A DNA stretch of 64,000 nt from Acidobacteriota bacterium (GCA_040755995.1 JBFMAF010000036.1:160001-224000), one strand, 5' to 3'; counted from the first letter of the stretch, positions 9,941-20,091 are shown. Numbers and translations are program-made. The notes: generated by a model from the sequence alone, not told the origin.

Positions 9941-9968
9941 TTGACAGCGGGTAGCATTATGCTACCAT
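9941..9968 (+). promoter_or_regulatory. Sigma70 promoter with overlapping palindromic operator of the TA operon
   Basis: TTGACA (9941-9946), 16 nt spacer, TACCAT (9963-9968); perfect inverted repeat GGTAGCAT-T-ATGCTACC at 9950-9966. Confidence 0.75.
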
Positions 9969-9974
9969 TCATAC

Positions 9975-10361
9975 ATGAGCCAGCCTGTGAAACTATCCGA
10001 TGCGCTGGTGCTGGACGCCCGGCTGGCAGCCGAAGCGGTGGAACGCTCCATTGCGGGCCAGGTGGAGTTCTGGGCAAGACTCGGGAAGGCCATCGAGCCG
10101 CTGCTCCAGGGGACGCAGGTGATTGCCCTGTGTCGTGATGGTGCGACGAGGCCGCTTTCCGACTGTCTGAAATCCGTGGATTCCGCCGCGGGTCGCCGGC
10201 ACGTCGCAGAGTTCCTCCGGAGCCAGCCCTGGCCGCACTACGAACCGCACGCGAAGCGGGCTGGCCTGCTGGTGCGCACCGAAGCCAGCGGGAGGCGGAC
10301 AGTCGGGCGATTCGTCAATCGGAGGTTTCAAGCGGTGAGGGTGAAGGCCGCCGGGCGATGA
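9975..10361 (+). CDS. ParD-like (DUF3423-type) antitoxin with C-terminal extension
   Basis: MSQPVKLSDALV.DAR..A....RSIAGQVEFWARLGKAIE is the ParD_like ribbon-helix-helix pattern; ATGA overlap with the next gene. Confidence 0.8.
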   Translation: MSQPVKLSDALVLDARLAAEAVERSIAGQVEFWARLGKAIEPLLQGTQVIALCRDGATRPLSDCLKSVDSAAGRRHVAEFLRSQPWPHYEPHAKRAGLLVRTEASGRRTVGRFVNRRFQAVRVKAAGR

Positions 10362-10936
10362 GCCTGTCGCTCGATCGCGGCCCGGTCATAGTCGCACTCG
10401 CGGGACCGAACGGCGCCGGCAAGACGACTTTCTACCACGCCCATCTGCGGCCGGCGGGGCTGCGGTTCATAAACGCCGATGTGCTCGCCCGCGAGCTGGA
10501 CCTCGATGCCTATGCGGCCGCGCGCGTCGCCGATGCGCTACGCCGGCAACTTGTCGACCAACGGGAGAGTTTCGTTTTCGAGACGGTGTTTTCCGATCCG
10601 GTCGGCGACAAGTTGGCCTTCCTGAGAGAGGCGACAGCGGCCGGCTACAACGTTGTCCTCTGCTTCATAGGGATCTCAGGGCCGGATGTCTCCGAGGAGC
10701 GCGTCGCGATGCGCGTTTCGCAAGGTGGGCATGATGTGCCGGCCGAGAAGTTGGTCAACCGGTTCCCCCGCACGCTGGCGAATCTCCGAGCTGCCATCCG
10801 CGCCCTGCCGCATGTGTGGATCTTCGACAACGACGACCTGCGGAGGCCCTTTCGCTTGGCTGCTGTTTTCGAAAACGGCCTCCCTCGGACCCTGAATGCC
10901 CCGGTGCCAGTGTGGCTCAGACCGTTGTTGAGATAG
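10358..10936 (+). CDS. Zeta-toxin-like P-loop kinase/ATPase
   Basis: AGPNGAGKTT, FINAD, SFVFETVFS, RVAMRVSQGGHDVP, FDND. Confidence 0.85.
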   Translation: MSLSLDRGPVIVALAGPNGAGKTTFYHAHLRPAGLRFINADVLARELDLDAYAAARVADALRRQLVDQRESFVFETVFSDPVGDKLAFLREATAAGYNVVLCFIGISGPDVSEERVAMRVSQGGHDVPAEKLVNRFPRTLANLRAAIRALPHVWIFDNDDLRRPFRLAAVFENGLPRTLNAPVPVWLRPLLR

Positions 10937-10960
10937 ACTCGTCTTCCGGAGACGGACACA

Positions 10961-11470
10961 GTGCATACGTATGAGCGAGCCGAAACGCAGACACGCTTTC
11001 TGAACGTCGACGTGGACGTGTTGTCGAAGGTCAGCCTCGAACCACTGCTTGCCGCTCTGGGCTCGAAGATCCTCCCTCTCTATGTGGGACGCGAGGGGAG
11101 ATACTACAGTGCTCACTTCGAATTGGCCGCCTCGTCCGATGAGGACGTGGACAAGGTTACACGCCGGCTGGCCGGGCTCATAGCAGGACTGCGGGGAGCC
11201 GCTCGCAAACTGTGGAAGGAGGCGCGAACTCGGGGCTTCAACGTGGGCATACAGGGCGGCATCAATCCCAGAATGCAGGAGATAGCAATCGAGGAGGACA
11301 CCGTGAATCTTGTCGCTAGGGTCGGGGGCAGGATCGTCGTCACGACCTACGCGGCTGAAATCGCGACCGCTCCGAGAGGCCGGGCTCAGAGCGCGAGAGA
11401 CGCGCCGCCAAATGACTCGCCCGGACGTAAGAGAGCAGCGCGGGCCGGGAACCGCAGAATCCCGCGGTGA
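10961..11470 (+). CDS. Hypothetical protein
   Basis: Co-directional ORF 24 nt after the toxin-like gene, protein-like composition (FLNVDVDV...FNVGIQGG...GGRIVVTTY). Confidence 0.55.
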   Translation: MHTYERAETQTRFLNVDVDVLSKVSLEPLLAALGSKILPLYVGREGRYYSAHFELAASSDEDVDKVTRRLAGLIAGLRGAARKLWKEARTRGFNVGIQGGINPRMQEIAIEEDTVNLVARVGGRIVVTTYAAEIATAPRGRAQSARDAPPNDSPGRKRAARAGNRRIPR

Positions 11471-11518
11471 CTCAACTCGTGGCACCGTGTGGCGCCGCGT
11501 GATATACAATGCGGATGC

Positions 11519-14500
11519 ATGGTGCCAGCATTGCGCATTTGGGTCTATGTCTTCCTCGTCCTCCTGGCGCTCGGCTGGGCCCCGGCCAGATGCGAGTCGC
11601 CTCGCCCCCAGACGCAGAAGGGTGCGGCTGCCAGCGACAGAGGCCAGTTCACCAACGCCAGCGGCGCGGAACTGGTCACGCTGCTCTCGGATGAGGCCAC
11701 ACGGGCGCGTGCCTATCACGAGCTCTGCCGGAGGGCCGATCCCAAGACGGAAGCCGACTCCGATCGTTTCTGCGGCTCGCACAGAAATCCAGAGGTCGTC
11801 GTGTGTCCGCAGGAGGGAAGTAGACCACCTGTCTACGTCGTGCTGAGCGAGTTCCTCACACCGCATCAACCCTCAGGCCGTTTCGGGCGCCTGGGTGCCA
11901 AGGTGCCCGAAGTACCATGGCCGGAGCTGCGGCGGCGCAAGACCCTCCTGATCGACACATACTCATTCGACGGGAGCCCCCTGCACCCGTTCCCCTGCAA
12001 CGATAACGCACTCGACGGAATCATGCTGGACATGAATCGCGACGGATTTGTCGAGCGTGCAAACGACATCCGCCTGGGAGGATACTCGGCCAGCAATGTA
12101 GAAGTGTTCAAGGTGGAGCGAATGGGCGAACTGGCGGAGGTTCGACTCGCTGTGCTCTACAACTGGGGCGAACACGATGACTGGGACTACGCTTTCTCTG
12201 ATCGCGAGGAGGACGGATACGTGGAGGTGGACTTCGGTCCGCTGACTGAGAATGGCGTCATGCCGGAAGTCACCTTCCGCTGGAACGAGAAGAGCAAGAG
12301 CTGGGAGGGCCCGCCGTCCGGCCTGGGTGGTCATCTCGTGTTGTTGGACCCCGCTGACATCCGGGGCGAGATCGACCGTCTTGCCGCCACACGCGAGCCG
12401 TTTGAGGAAGATCCCGATGCCCTGCCGGGGTCTGATCGCTGGTCGGTTCGTGAGACGGGGTCGCTTCCGTGGGGATGGGCCAGGTTCAAGGCCGCTTCGC
12501 AGCCCTATCGGTACGCGTCCCTGAAGGCTCTCTCGGACGAGCAGATTCTCGAGTACATGGGCGAAGCGAAGAGCGTGGACGACCTGGAGCGGGATTCGGT
12601 TATAGCCACCAACATACCCGCGAGCATATGGAACATGGGCGCCAGGGAAGCTGCGCTCGCGGTGGCGAACGCGAACCGGGTTCCCGAGCATCGCGAGGCG
12701 TATGAATTCATCATCGATGCGATGGGGGGCCTGGAGCCGCCCGTTTCCTGCTCCATCGCTTTCTCCGTTCATGCGGCGCATTCGGCCCTGGAGAGGAGCT
12801 ACTTTCTGCGCTGCCATCCGGGTGGTTCTTACATGGTCTATGCGGGCGTCGTCTTGTGTGGCGCCCCGGCATACGATTCCACGTGCACGGGTCGGGAGTA
12901 TGACCTTCGGGTCTGCCTGCTTACGTATGACGAGGCAAGGACCGCCGCGCACACCCTGTGGTGGCTCAACCACGGACGTACGTCACCACCAGGAGAGGCC
13001 GCTGATTCGTACGGGGTTTGGTCGACGGGCGACGGCACGGCAACGCTCCAATGGCTGGGTGAGGATGGACAACTCGAGTGGAGGGTCACCGACTGGCTGG
13101 GCGGGCCGGTTTCGCAACGGTGGACCACGAGCTTCGGCGATGAAGAGTTGATCGGTATCGCCGGCGAGATGTTCGAGGAGGCGCTGCCAGCCAGGCTGGG
13201 CGAGCGCTGGTCGGGGTACAAGGGAATCCCGCTCCCGTACGCGTGCCTTGGGTCGAAGAACCTCAATGTGACACAAGAGCTGCTCAACCAGATCCACGAC
13301 CAGTCGCGACGCATACTTGCGATGTTCTCAATCCCACAAACGCGCGTCTCGTACAAGATCGTGCAGGAGGCGGTTCGGGCGGCGGGCGACCATGCCTTCA
13401 TCGACCTGCTCCCGCGGCTGCGCGTGATGCTGCGCGGGCTGCCGGCACCGTTCGGGCCGGTGCGAGATGAGTGCGCCGTCGAGAAGGAGATCGACGCGTT
13501 GGAGGCCGATGGATCGGCGGCCACACAAGAGCGAGTCTCTACGCTGTACGACGAGATCTCGGCGATCAGGCACGGGGCATTCGAAGCGGCGGCGATCGAG
13601 ACGCTGAGATCGAATCTCAACGAATCGATCCAACGAATCCTCTGTGCCCGCGATACACGGGCACTCTATGACTGGGCTGTCTCTGAGCGGGAAGGGCATG
13701 AGTGGGCCATGTCGATGCTCTTCTATGCGGGCCGGGGGAGACACATAGACGCACTGGAGAAGCGGTTCGACACGGAGGATCCGCCACACAAGGCCTCGAC
13801 ACTTGCTGCGCTCAGCTTGTTGGACAAACGTCGCTGCCTCAAACTCGCGCGGCGCGTCCCCGCAGACTCGGAGGACATCGTCGGGGCTGCCGCTCTTTCG
13901 ATCCTGGCTATGGCCGGGCCCGTGCCCGACGAGAATCGGCGCGTGGCCGCGCTTCTCCGAGGGCTGCTCGATCCTCGAAGAGATGCGGCCTTCCGGGAGA
14001 GCGTCCTGTGGTATCTGGTGCCTATGGGCGATCCACTCAAGTTCAAGAACCCAGAGATCGACGCCACCCTGCTCGCCATGCTTCGAGCGAAACCTGCCAT
14101 GTTCCCTGAAGGGTCCACAAGGCCGGCCGCGGCTCGTGCCCTCTACATGCGCACAGGGATGCGACACTTCGACCCGTTCGTAGAGGCGTTGGACCCCGAT
14201 CTCATGAGCGAGTATCGAGATCTCTTGAATCTCTTGGCTTGGATGACGCCCGAAGCCACCATGGAGCAACGCGCGAAACTGACGGAAGCGATCCGCCCGG
14301 AGTTCACGAGGACGCACGGGGCGCTTGACGAGATCCTCTTGACGGTCTGGGCCGCGGATCTGCGAGATCTCAAACCTGACATCGAGCGGATCGCCACCTC
14401 GGGGCCGGAAGACATCGAGGGAAGCAGGGGAGCCGCTTGGTCCTCCGGCGCGACAGTCCTGCGTGATCGATACCACATGGCGCGCCGCGTCGCGGCCATG

Positions 14501-14779
14501 TGGAACGAAGAAGAGCCCCTCACACGATTGAAGCTGCTGCTAGCGTTTGCACTGCAAGAGACCTACCTGTTCGGATCCTCTGATCCCTCAATGAACCTTC
14601 GCGTGGCGAGGCTCCGACAGCAGATTGAAGCCGATTCGAAGCGGCTAGCGCAGGAACAGCGACAGGAGCTGATCGCATTCATGCGTTGGTGCTGCGAGAT
14701 GCGCCCCGCAAGCGAATGGGAGTCACCGCCGAAACAGAGCGACATCGTGAGAATAGCCGGGTGGTCGCTAGAGAAGTAG
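11519..14779 (+). CDS. Large secreted hypothetical protein with DxNxDG-type Ca-binding loops and a helical-repeat (HEAT-like) C-terminus
   Basis: About 1086 aa ORF; signal peptide LRIWVYVFLVLLALGWAPA; DMNRDGFVE and DREEDGYVE; TACAAT 8 nt before ATG 11519. Confidence 0.65.
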   Translation: MVPALRIWVYVFLVLLALGWAPARCESPRPQTQKGAAASDRGQFTNASGAELVTLLSDEATRARAYHELCRRADPKTEADSDRFCGSHRNPEVVVCPQEGSRPPVYVVLSEFLTPHQPSGRFGRLGAKVPEVPWPELRRRKTLLIDTYSFDGSPLHPFPCNDNALDGIMLDMNRDGFVERANDIRLGGYSASNVEVFKVERMGELAEVRLAVLYNWGEHDDWDYAFSDREEDGYVEVDFGPLTENGVMPEVTFRWNEKSKSWEGPPSGLGGHLVLLDPADIRGEIDRLAATREPFEEDPDALPGSDRWSVRETGSLPWGWARFKAASQPYRYASLKALSDEQILEYMGEAKSVDDLERDSVIATNIPASIWNMGAREAALAVANANRVPEHREAYEFIIDAMGGLEPPVSCSIAFSVHAAHSALERSYFLRCHPGGSYMVYAGVVLCGAPAYDSTCTGREYDLRVCLLTYDEARTAAHTLWWLNHGRTSPPGEAADSYGVWSTGDGTATLQWLGEDGQLEWRVTDWLGGPVSQRWTTSFGDEELIGIAGEMFEEALPARLGERWSGYKGIPLPYACLGSKNLNVTQELLNQIHDQSRRILAMFSIPQTRVSYKIVQEAVRAAGDHAFIDLLPRLRVMLRGLPAPFGPVRDECAVEKEIDALEADGSAATQERVSTLYDEISAIRHGAFEAAAIETLRSNLNESIQRILCARDTRALYDWAVSEREGHEWAMSMLFYAGRGRHIDALEKRFDTEDPPHKASTLAALSLLDKRRCLKLARRVPADSEDIVGAAALSILAMAGPVPDENRRVAALLRGLLDPRRDAAFRESVLWYLVPMGDPLKFKNPEIDATLLAMLRAKPAMFPEGSTRPAAARALYMRTGMRHFDPFVEALDPDLMSEYRDLLNLLAWMTPEATMEQRAKLTEAIRPEFTRTHGALDEILLTVWAADLRDLKPDIERIATSGPEDIEGSRGAAWSSGATVLRDRYHMARRVAAMWNEEEPLTRLKLLLAFALQETYLFGSSDPSMNLRVARLRQQIEADSKRLAQEQRQELIAFMRWCCEMRPASEWESPPKQSDIVRIAGWSLEK

Positions 14780-15082
14780 AACAGGGAGGCGCCGCCGCCC
14801 GCCTCTCATCGTGCCACGCCCCCGCAATTATTTCGCGGACCGAATAGCACAGCAGATGCGTATGTAGAAATGTGATTGTTCCCGGGCAAGAATGGAGAAC
14901 CCTGATATGGTGAATAGTGTGCCAGACAGCGATTCGCTGACGCCCAGATGGACGCGAGCGTTTGTCGCTGCAAAGGCCAGGCCGCCGGAAAAAGTGTATG
15001 CGGAGGCTTGTTGCCTCAGGAGGACCATCCTCCGGCAAGTGGTGCCCAACACGTCGAGCTCTTACGGGAAGGGGTGAATGAA

Positions 15083-17053
15083 ATGTTCTTCAGAGCCATT
15101 CTACTCACATGCATCAATCTGGCTGCCTTCGTCGCAGTCTGCGGGGCGGACCTGCGCTACGAGATCTCAGCCCAGCTCGTTCTGGACGAGAAGCTAATTC
15201 GCGCCCATGCGACGATGACGATTCCTTCCGATTTCCTGGATGTGCAGGGACGGATCAGCCTCGATGCCGAATCCGCAGGTGTCGATGCCGGCGGCAAGGC
15301 GCTGCTTCATGTCAATTCGATCTCCACCATCGCAAATGAGCGCCTCCGTTGGACATCGTCGGGCGGCACGATCACGGTCGAGCTTCCCAGGGAGGCCCGG
15401 GCCTCCACGGAGATCCCGCTCGTGGTGGACTACACCGTTCCGCTCGATCAGGAGGCTCTGAAGGCCTACGGCTACTATCTGCTTATGGGTGTGGATCCGG
15501 GATCGTTCTGGTACCCCGACGTCATCGGGCCGGGTGGAGATCGACCCAGGTTTCGGGATTTCGACGTGACTCTCAAGCATCCAAGAAACATGACGGTCGT
15601 CACGTCCGGCGCCCCTCATGAGGTCCAGACAGTCGGCGCCGATTCACTGGCCTCGCGATGGGTCGCCACACACGTGGAAGGATTCGCGCTGGCGATGGGC
15701 GAGGGGTTCGTCCAGGAACAGGTGGCGGCAGATGGGACGGCTGTGATTCTATTCTGCGAACCCCAGCTGGTCGAGACATACCGAAAGATCGCCGGTTACG
15801 CAGCCGAGGCCGTTGGCTGGTACAAGCAGACATACGGCTTCTTCCCGGTCAAACGAACTACAATTCTTCAGGGTCATTCGCTATGGGCCGGCGGCTATCC
15901 GCTGCCGAATGCCTTCATGGTCCATCGTGGAAAAACGGATCCCGAGTTCATGCGCTGGATCACCGCCCATGAGCTGGGGCACTACTACTGGGGTCTCTAT
16001 GTGCTGGGCTCAACCGAACGGCTCGACTGGCTCCAACTCGCCAACGGCATCTGGGCCGATCAGCTCTACATGGCCGAAAAAACGGGGAGGACCATCGAAG
16101 AACAATGGCGGGCGATGGGAAACGGCGATTGGTTCGTGGACTACTTCAGCGCAATGCTCGGCAACCACCCGCAGAGCCTCGATATTCCACCCGAGGAAGC
16201 AGACAACCTCGGCTTCGACTACAACTCGCTCGTGCGCCATGGCAAAGGAGCAGTCGGTCTCTACCTGCAGGCAAGGGGCCTGGGAAAAGAGAAGTTCCTC
16301 GACCTGCAACGAAGCATATTGAAAGACTACAAGTATCGCCCGCTCCCCTTGAGTGATTTCATCGAGCGGATCGAGAAGAGTGGAGCAGAAGGCGCAACAG
16401 GGTTTTTCAACAAGTGGCGGCGAGGAGACGCATGCATCAACTACTCGATCAGCGTAGACAAGATGGAACGGCACGCCGATATCATGCGCTATGCACTCGC
16501 TCTCACCCAAGACGGCACCGTGCCGTACCCCGTGACGGTCGAGGCTGAGGATGAACGGGGCCGTAAGGTGCGCGTGGAAGGCCACGGCGGCGAAGATGTG
16601 GAGGCGCTCACGGTCGACCTCAACGCTCCACTCTCACGCCTCCGCCTGGATCCCGACGGCATCGTGCCATCGCTGAATGCATCCAATCCGGCCATGCAGC
16701 TGGCGATTCTGAGAGCACTCTGGAACGAGAACCTCATGCCGATGTTCCGAATGATGGCAGCATCCTACCTGCGCGAACACCCAGGCAACGCCGAAGCCCG
16801 CCTGCTCGTAATAGCAGACGCCTTCACGTCCGCCCGATACCGCGACATCACAAGTCTGCTGACTACCGAAGATGCCAGAGCATGTTCCGATCTTGCGACA
16901 TGTCGTGCCGCAATCCTGCTGGCCCGCGCCATGGCTCGAATCGAAAAAGAGCCGGATGCGTCCGGTATCCTCGACGCGATTCGGCCCGTCGCCGATCGGC
17001 TCGGCCTGAAGCGTCGCTGGCAAGAGGCCTTCGACGAGATCGGCCGGCACTAG
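15083..17053 (+). CDS. Secreted M1/gluzincin-like metallopeptidase, atypical
   Basis: Signal peptide MFFRAILL...; SFWYP; AHELGHYYWG (HExxH); YNSLVRHGKGA; TPR-like tail. ORF track starts at 14948. Confidence 0.75.
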   Translation: MFFRAILLTCINLAAFVAVCGADLRYEISAQLVLDEKLIRAHATMTIPSDFLDVQGRISLDAESAGVDAGGKALLHVNSISTIANERLRWTSSGGTITVELPREARASTEIPLVVDYTVPLDQEALKAYGYYLLMGVDPGSFWYPDVIGPGGDRPRFRDFDVTLKHPRNMTVVTSGAPHEVQTVGADSLASRWVATHVEGFALAMGEGFVQEQVAADGTAVILFCEPQLVETYRKIAGYAAEAVGWYKQTYGFFPVKRTTILQGHSLWAGGYPLPNAFMVHRGKTDPEFMRWITAHELGHYYWGLYVLGSTERLDWLQLANGIWADQLYMAEKTGRTIEEQWRAMGNGDWFVDYFSAMLGNHPQSLDIPPEEADNLGFDYNSLVRHGKGAVGLYLQARGLGKEKFLDLQRSILKDYKYRPLPLSDFIERIEKSGAEGATGFFNKWRRGDACINYSISVDKMERHADIMRYALALTQDGTVPYPVTVEAEDERGRKVRVEGHGGEDVEALTVDLNAPLSRLRLDPDGIVPSLNASNPAMQLAILRALWNENLMPMFRMMAASYLREHPGNAEARLLVIADAFTSARYRDITSLLTTEDARACSDLATCRAAILLARAMARIEKEPDASGILDAIRPVADRLGLKRRWQEAFDEIGRH

Positions 17054-17277
17054 AAGCTGCGCGATCAGCATGCCGAGAATGAAGCTGCCGAAATGTGCCT
17101 ATGCCAGCCCTCCGCGGCTCTCATCCCGACTTCCGATTTCCAGCGGCTCATGCCTCTGGCTACGTTCCGCTCGACCATGCCCCAGCGCCCATCGCGCGCG
17201 CAGCGCTGGCAACGGCGGCTGCGAAGCACGCTAAGAGCAGCTGCGCGCAGGGACAAACAACCGAACCGCGTCCAGCG

Positions 17278-17286
17278 TGGTATACT
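17278..17286 (+). promoter_or_regulatory. Extended -10 (TGnTATACT) upstream of the UPF0175/PIN pair
   Basis: TGGTATACT about 80 nt before ATG 17364. Confidence 0.4.
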
Positions 17287-17363
17287 GGCGAAGGATGTAT
17301 TACGGCTTGAACAGCGCAAGTATCCGCTGAGAAAAATAGACAGCCACAGGCGAGGTGAAGTCC

Positions 17364-17630
17364 ATGTCCACGATAACGTTTGCCATCTCCGAGGATCTCT
17401 CTGAACAACTCGCGCCGTACCGCGAGCAACTGGAAACGCTCCTCCGTATTGGGCTGCGCGAAGTAAAAATGGGGGAGAGTCTGGCGCTGTTCAAGCAGGG
17501 CGACATCTCTTTGTGGAAAGCGGCGCGGCTGGCTGGAGTCTCACTCCGCGAGATGACGCAGTTTGCCGTGGCGCACGGGGTGCGCGGAGTGGCCGATGAG
17601 GAGACCTTACGCGAGGAACTTGCATGCTAG
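17364..17630 (+). CDS. UPF0175-family antitoxin
   Basis: ALFKQGDISLWKAARLAGVSLREM...E.L.EEL pattern; GAGGTG RBS; overlaps the start of a PIN gene. Confidence 0.8.
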   Translation: MSTITFAISEDLSEQLAPYREQLETLLRIGLREVKMGESLALFKQGDISLWKAARLAGVSLREMTQFAVAHGVRGVADEETLREELAC

Positions 17631-18139
17631 TCGTGAGCAATGCAGGCCCCCTGATTGCTTTGGGCAAGCTGGGACAGTTGGGCCTGTTGGAAAAGCTCTA
17701 AGGAATCGTCCGCATCCCTCGCGAGGTCTACGCTGAGGTGGTAACCAACGGTTTGCACCTCGGGGCTCCCGAGGCCCAGACGATTGACTGGCTTGTGCGA
17801 CAGGACCGCGTGCAAGTCGTGCCGGTAGCATTGCCGACACCGCTCCCGCCCTGGGCCGGGCCGATTGACATCGGCGAAGTAGAGGTAATCCTGTTAGCGC
17901 AAGTACAGGGAGCAGATTGGGTGCTAATCGACAACGCGCACGCCCGCCGACCTGCGCGCCGAGCCGGGGTGCCGCTCAAAGGCACAATCGGCGTCCTCCT
18001 GGAAGCTTTCCGGCGCCGCTACCTCACGCTGCACGAATTCGAGCTCTTGATGCAGGAGATTCGAGCGAACCCCGAACTATGGATTAGCGAACAGCTCTGC
18101 GAATGGGCCGTCGCGCGTGCTAGAGAGACAAGCAAGTAA
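17624..18139 (+). pseudogene. DUF3368/PIN-domain toxin interrupted by an in-frame TAA
   Basis: MLVVSNAGPLIALGKLGQLGLLEKL*GIVRIPREVYAEV...DIGEVEVI.LA...LIDNAHARR..GTIGVL; stop at 17699-17701. Confidence 0.8.
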
Positions 18140-18216
18140 TTCATCAGAGCCAACTCTCGACACCCTGCGCCGCCAGGACAGCCTCGCCGGATTCATCGGC
18201 CCCGGGCCGCGCCTCG

Positions 18217-20091
18217 CTAGAACTCCCTCAGCGTTTCCTGTATTCCCTTGTGGACCTCGTACCAGTAGCTCAGCGACGCTTCGTGCTTGTCCTTCTCGAA
18301 CTCGTCGATCCAGCGGCGGAGCTCGGCGCTGGCGTCGCCGTCGACCGTCTGCCTGCGCTTCATGAACGCATAGACGAAATCGCTGCACCTCTCGGATTCC
18401 CAGTATAGCGATGCGTTCCGGCTGTTGATCCGGCAGGCGGTGAGGCGAATGCTCGCCAGGAACGCCTCCCTGGCGCCCCAGAGCGTTTCCACGATGTCGG
18501 GCAGCATCTCCTCGGCCCAGTTCCGGTGGAAGCGGCAGGTGCCGAGGTTGTCGAGGATCAGCTCCTGGCGCATCCGTTGGGCGTTCTTCCTGCCGAGCTC
18601 GCGCGGCGGCAGGAACTCGGGGCCGTAGTGCTGATAGTACTTGCCCATGATCGGCATTGGAGCCAGCACGCCCGGCGACCAGTACTGGTTCGGTACTACC
18701 CAGCCTCCTCGCGCGAAAGCGCAGTAGAGAAACGCGTCGAGAACCGCCTTGCCCTTGGCGCGCGCGAGGTGCCTGGCCATCCTGCGAGCGCCCAGGTGAA
18801 GGTCGAGCACCCCGCGTTTCTCGAGGATCGCACCGATGAGATCGATCCCCAGTTCCGCGTTGTGCATCGAGTCTGCCTCGATGCTGAACCCCTTCGGCGA
18901 GAAGACCGGTTTGGTGTCGACACCGAGCTCCTCTGGCGATAGCAGGTCCTTCGAGAGGCACTCGAAGAGCCACGCGAGAACGCCTCCGACAGAGATCGCG
19001 TCGAAGCCGTTCGAATCAGCGGCCCGATTCAGCTTCTCCGCGGCTCGCTGGTCGAAAATGCCTGTGAGCGGTCCCATCGTCTGATATGGCTCGTAATCCT
19101 TCTTGAACTCGTCTCGCATCTTCTTGCAAACCGCGGAACAGGGTTCGCCGCAGTTCCGCTGCTGCTTTGTCGCGATGGTCTCTTCATTGAACTGCTTCAG
19201 GTAGTGATTGACAATGAACTTCTCGTGCAGCTCCAGCCGCTCGGCTTCCTCCATGTAGATGCTGTTGTAGTTGAACGCAATGATTCGTCCGCGCAACGTG
19301 GCGTAGTTCACGCCGAAGGTCCCCCCGGTGTTGAACGCGGGATCGTAACGATACTTGGTCGTGGCTTCGAAGTCCTTCGCAGCGAGCTTCTTGCTGTAAC
19401 GCTCCTGGAACCAATTGTCGGCCACTTTTCGGTCGAGGACGTCCTCGTCGATGGTGGTCCCGCCGTAAATGACGGCGGCGATGCCGTGCTCTCGGAGCAT
19501 CTTCGTGCCGAAGCCGCCTCGTCCCGCCCAGGTGTCCACATGTGTAAGCCCGCTCTCGGAGATGGGAACGGAGCCGATCGCACCGAAGTCGGTATTGCGC
19601 GCCGCCGGGCCCACCGCGAGGATGCGGGGCGGAGTCTTGTAGGAGTCGGCGAATCGCTCGTGGACGTAGTCCATCAGCGAGTAGATCCCGCCGCGGCCCT
19701 CCCGCCAGATGCGTCCCACCTCGATCGGCGTGATCTGCACCTGCACATCCTCGCCGTGCAAACGGTTGAGCGCGAGGACGGACGGCACCGGGGCCTTGCC
19801 CATGAGCGACACCATGTCGACGCCCAGGTTGTTGAACACAAGCCCAGCCCCGCCCATCGACGAAACGTAGAAGCCATGCCAGCACGGCGAGAACCCGCTG
19901 AAGACGAGGCGGTTGGAGCCGGGTATGATCGACCCGGCCAGCAACCCGATGCCGATGTTGAGGCTGTTGTGCTTGGCGGCAAGATGCAGGCCGAGATCGA
20001 CTGGCCCGAAGAAATCCCTCATGCTGAATCGCTCGACCCTGTAAAACCCCGACCGTGCGTCGATCAGCAGAACTTTGAGATGAGGTTCCAT
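18217..20091 (-). CDS. Tungsten aldehyde:ferredoxin oxidoreductase family, GAPOR-like
   Basis: GSIIPGSNRL.F.G.SP, SSMGGAG, WAGRGG.G, TTKYRY.P.FNTGGTFG.NY, CGEPCSAVCKK, YEPY.TMGPL.G, GFDAIS.GG, CRFHR.W; GGAGG RBS before ATG 20091. Confidence 0.85.
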   Translation of the reverse strand: MEPHLKVLLIDARSGFYRVERFSMRDFFGPVDLGLHLAAKHNSLNIGIGLLAGSIIPGSNRLVFSGFSPCWHGFYVSSMGGAGLVFNNLGVDMVSLMGKAPVPSVLALNRLHGEDVQVQITPIEVGRIWREGRGGIYSLMDYVHERFADSYKTPPRILAVGPAARNTDFGAIGSVPISESGLTHVDTWAGRGGFGTKMLREHGIAAVIYGGTTIDEDVLDRKVADNWFQERYSKKLAAKDFEATTKYRYDPAFNTGGTFGVNYATLRGRIIAFNYNSIYMEEAERLELHEKFIVNHYLKQFNEETIATKQQRNCGEPCSAVCKKMRDEFKKDYEPYQTMGPLTGIFDQRAAEKLNRAADSNGFDAISVGGVLAWLFECLSKDLLSPEELGVDTKPVFSPKGFSIEADSMHNAELGIDLIGAILEKRGVLDLHLGARRMARHLARAKGKAVLDAFLYCAFARGGWVVPNQYWSPGVLAPMPIMGKYYQHYGPEFLPPRELGRKNAQRMRQELILDNLGTCRFHRNWAEEMLPDIVETLWGAREAFLASIRLTACRINSRNASLYWESERCSDFVYAFMKRRQTVDGDASAELRRWIDEFEKDKHEASLSYWYEVHKGIQETLREF

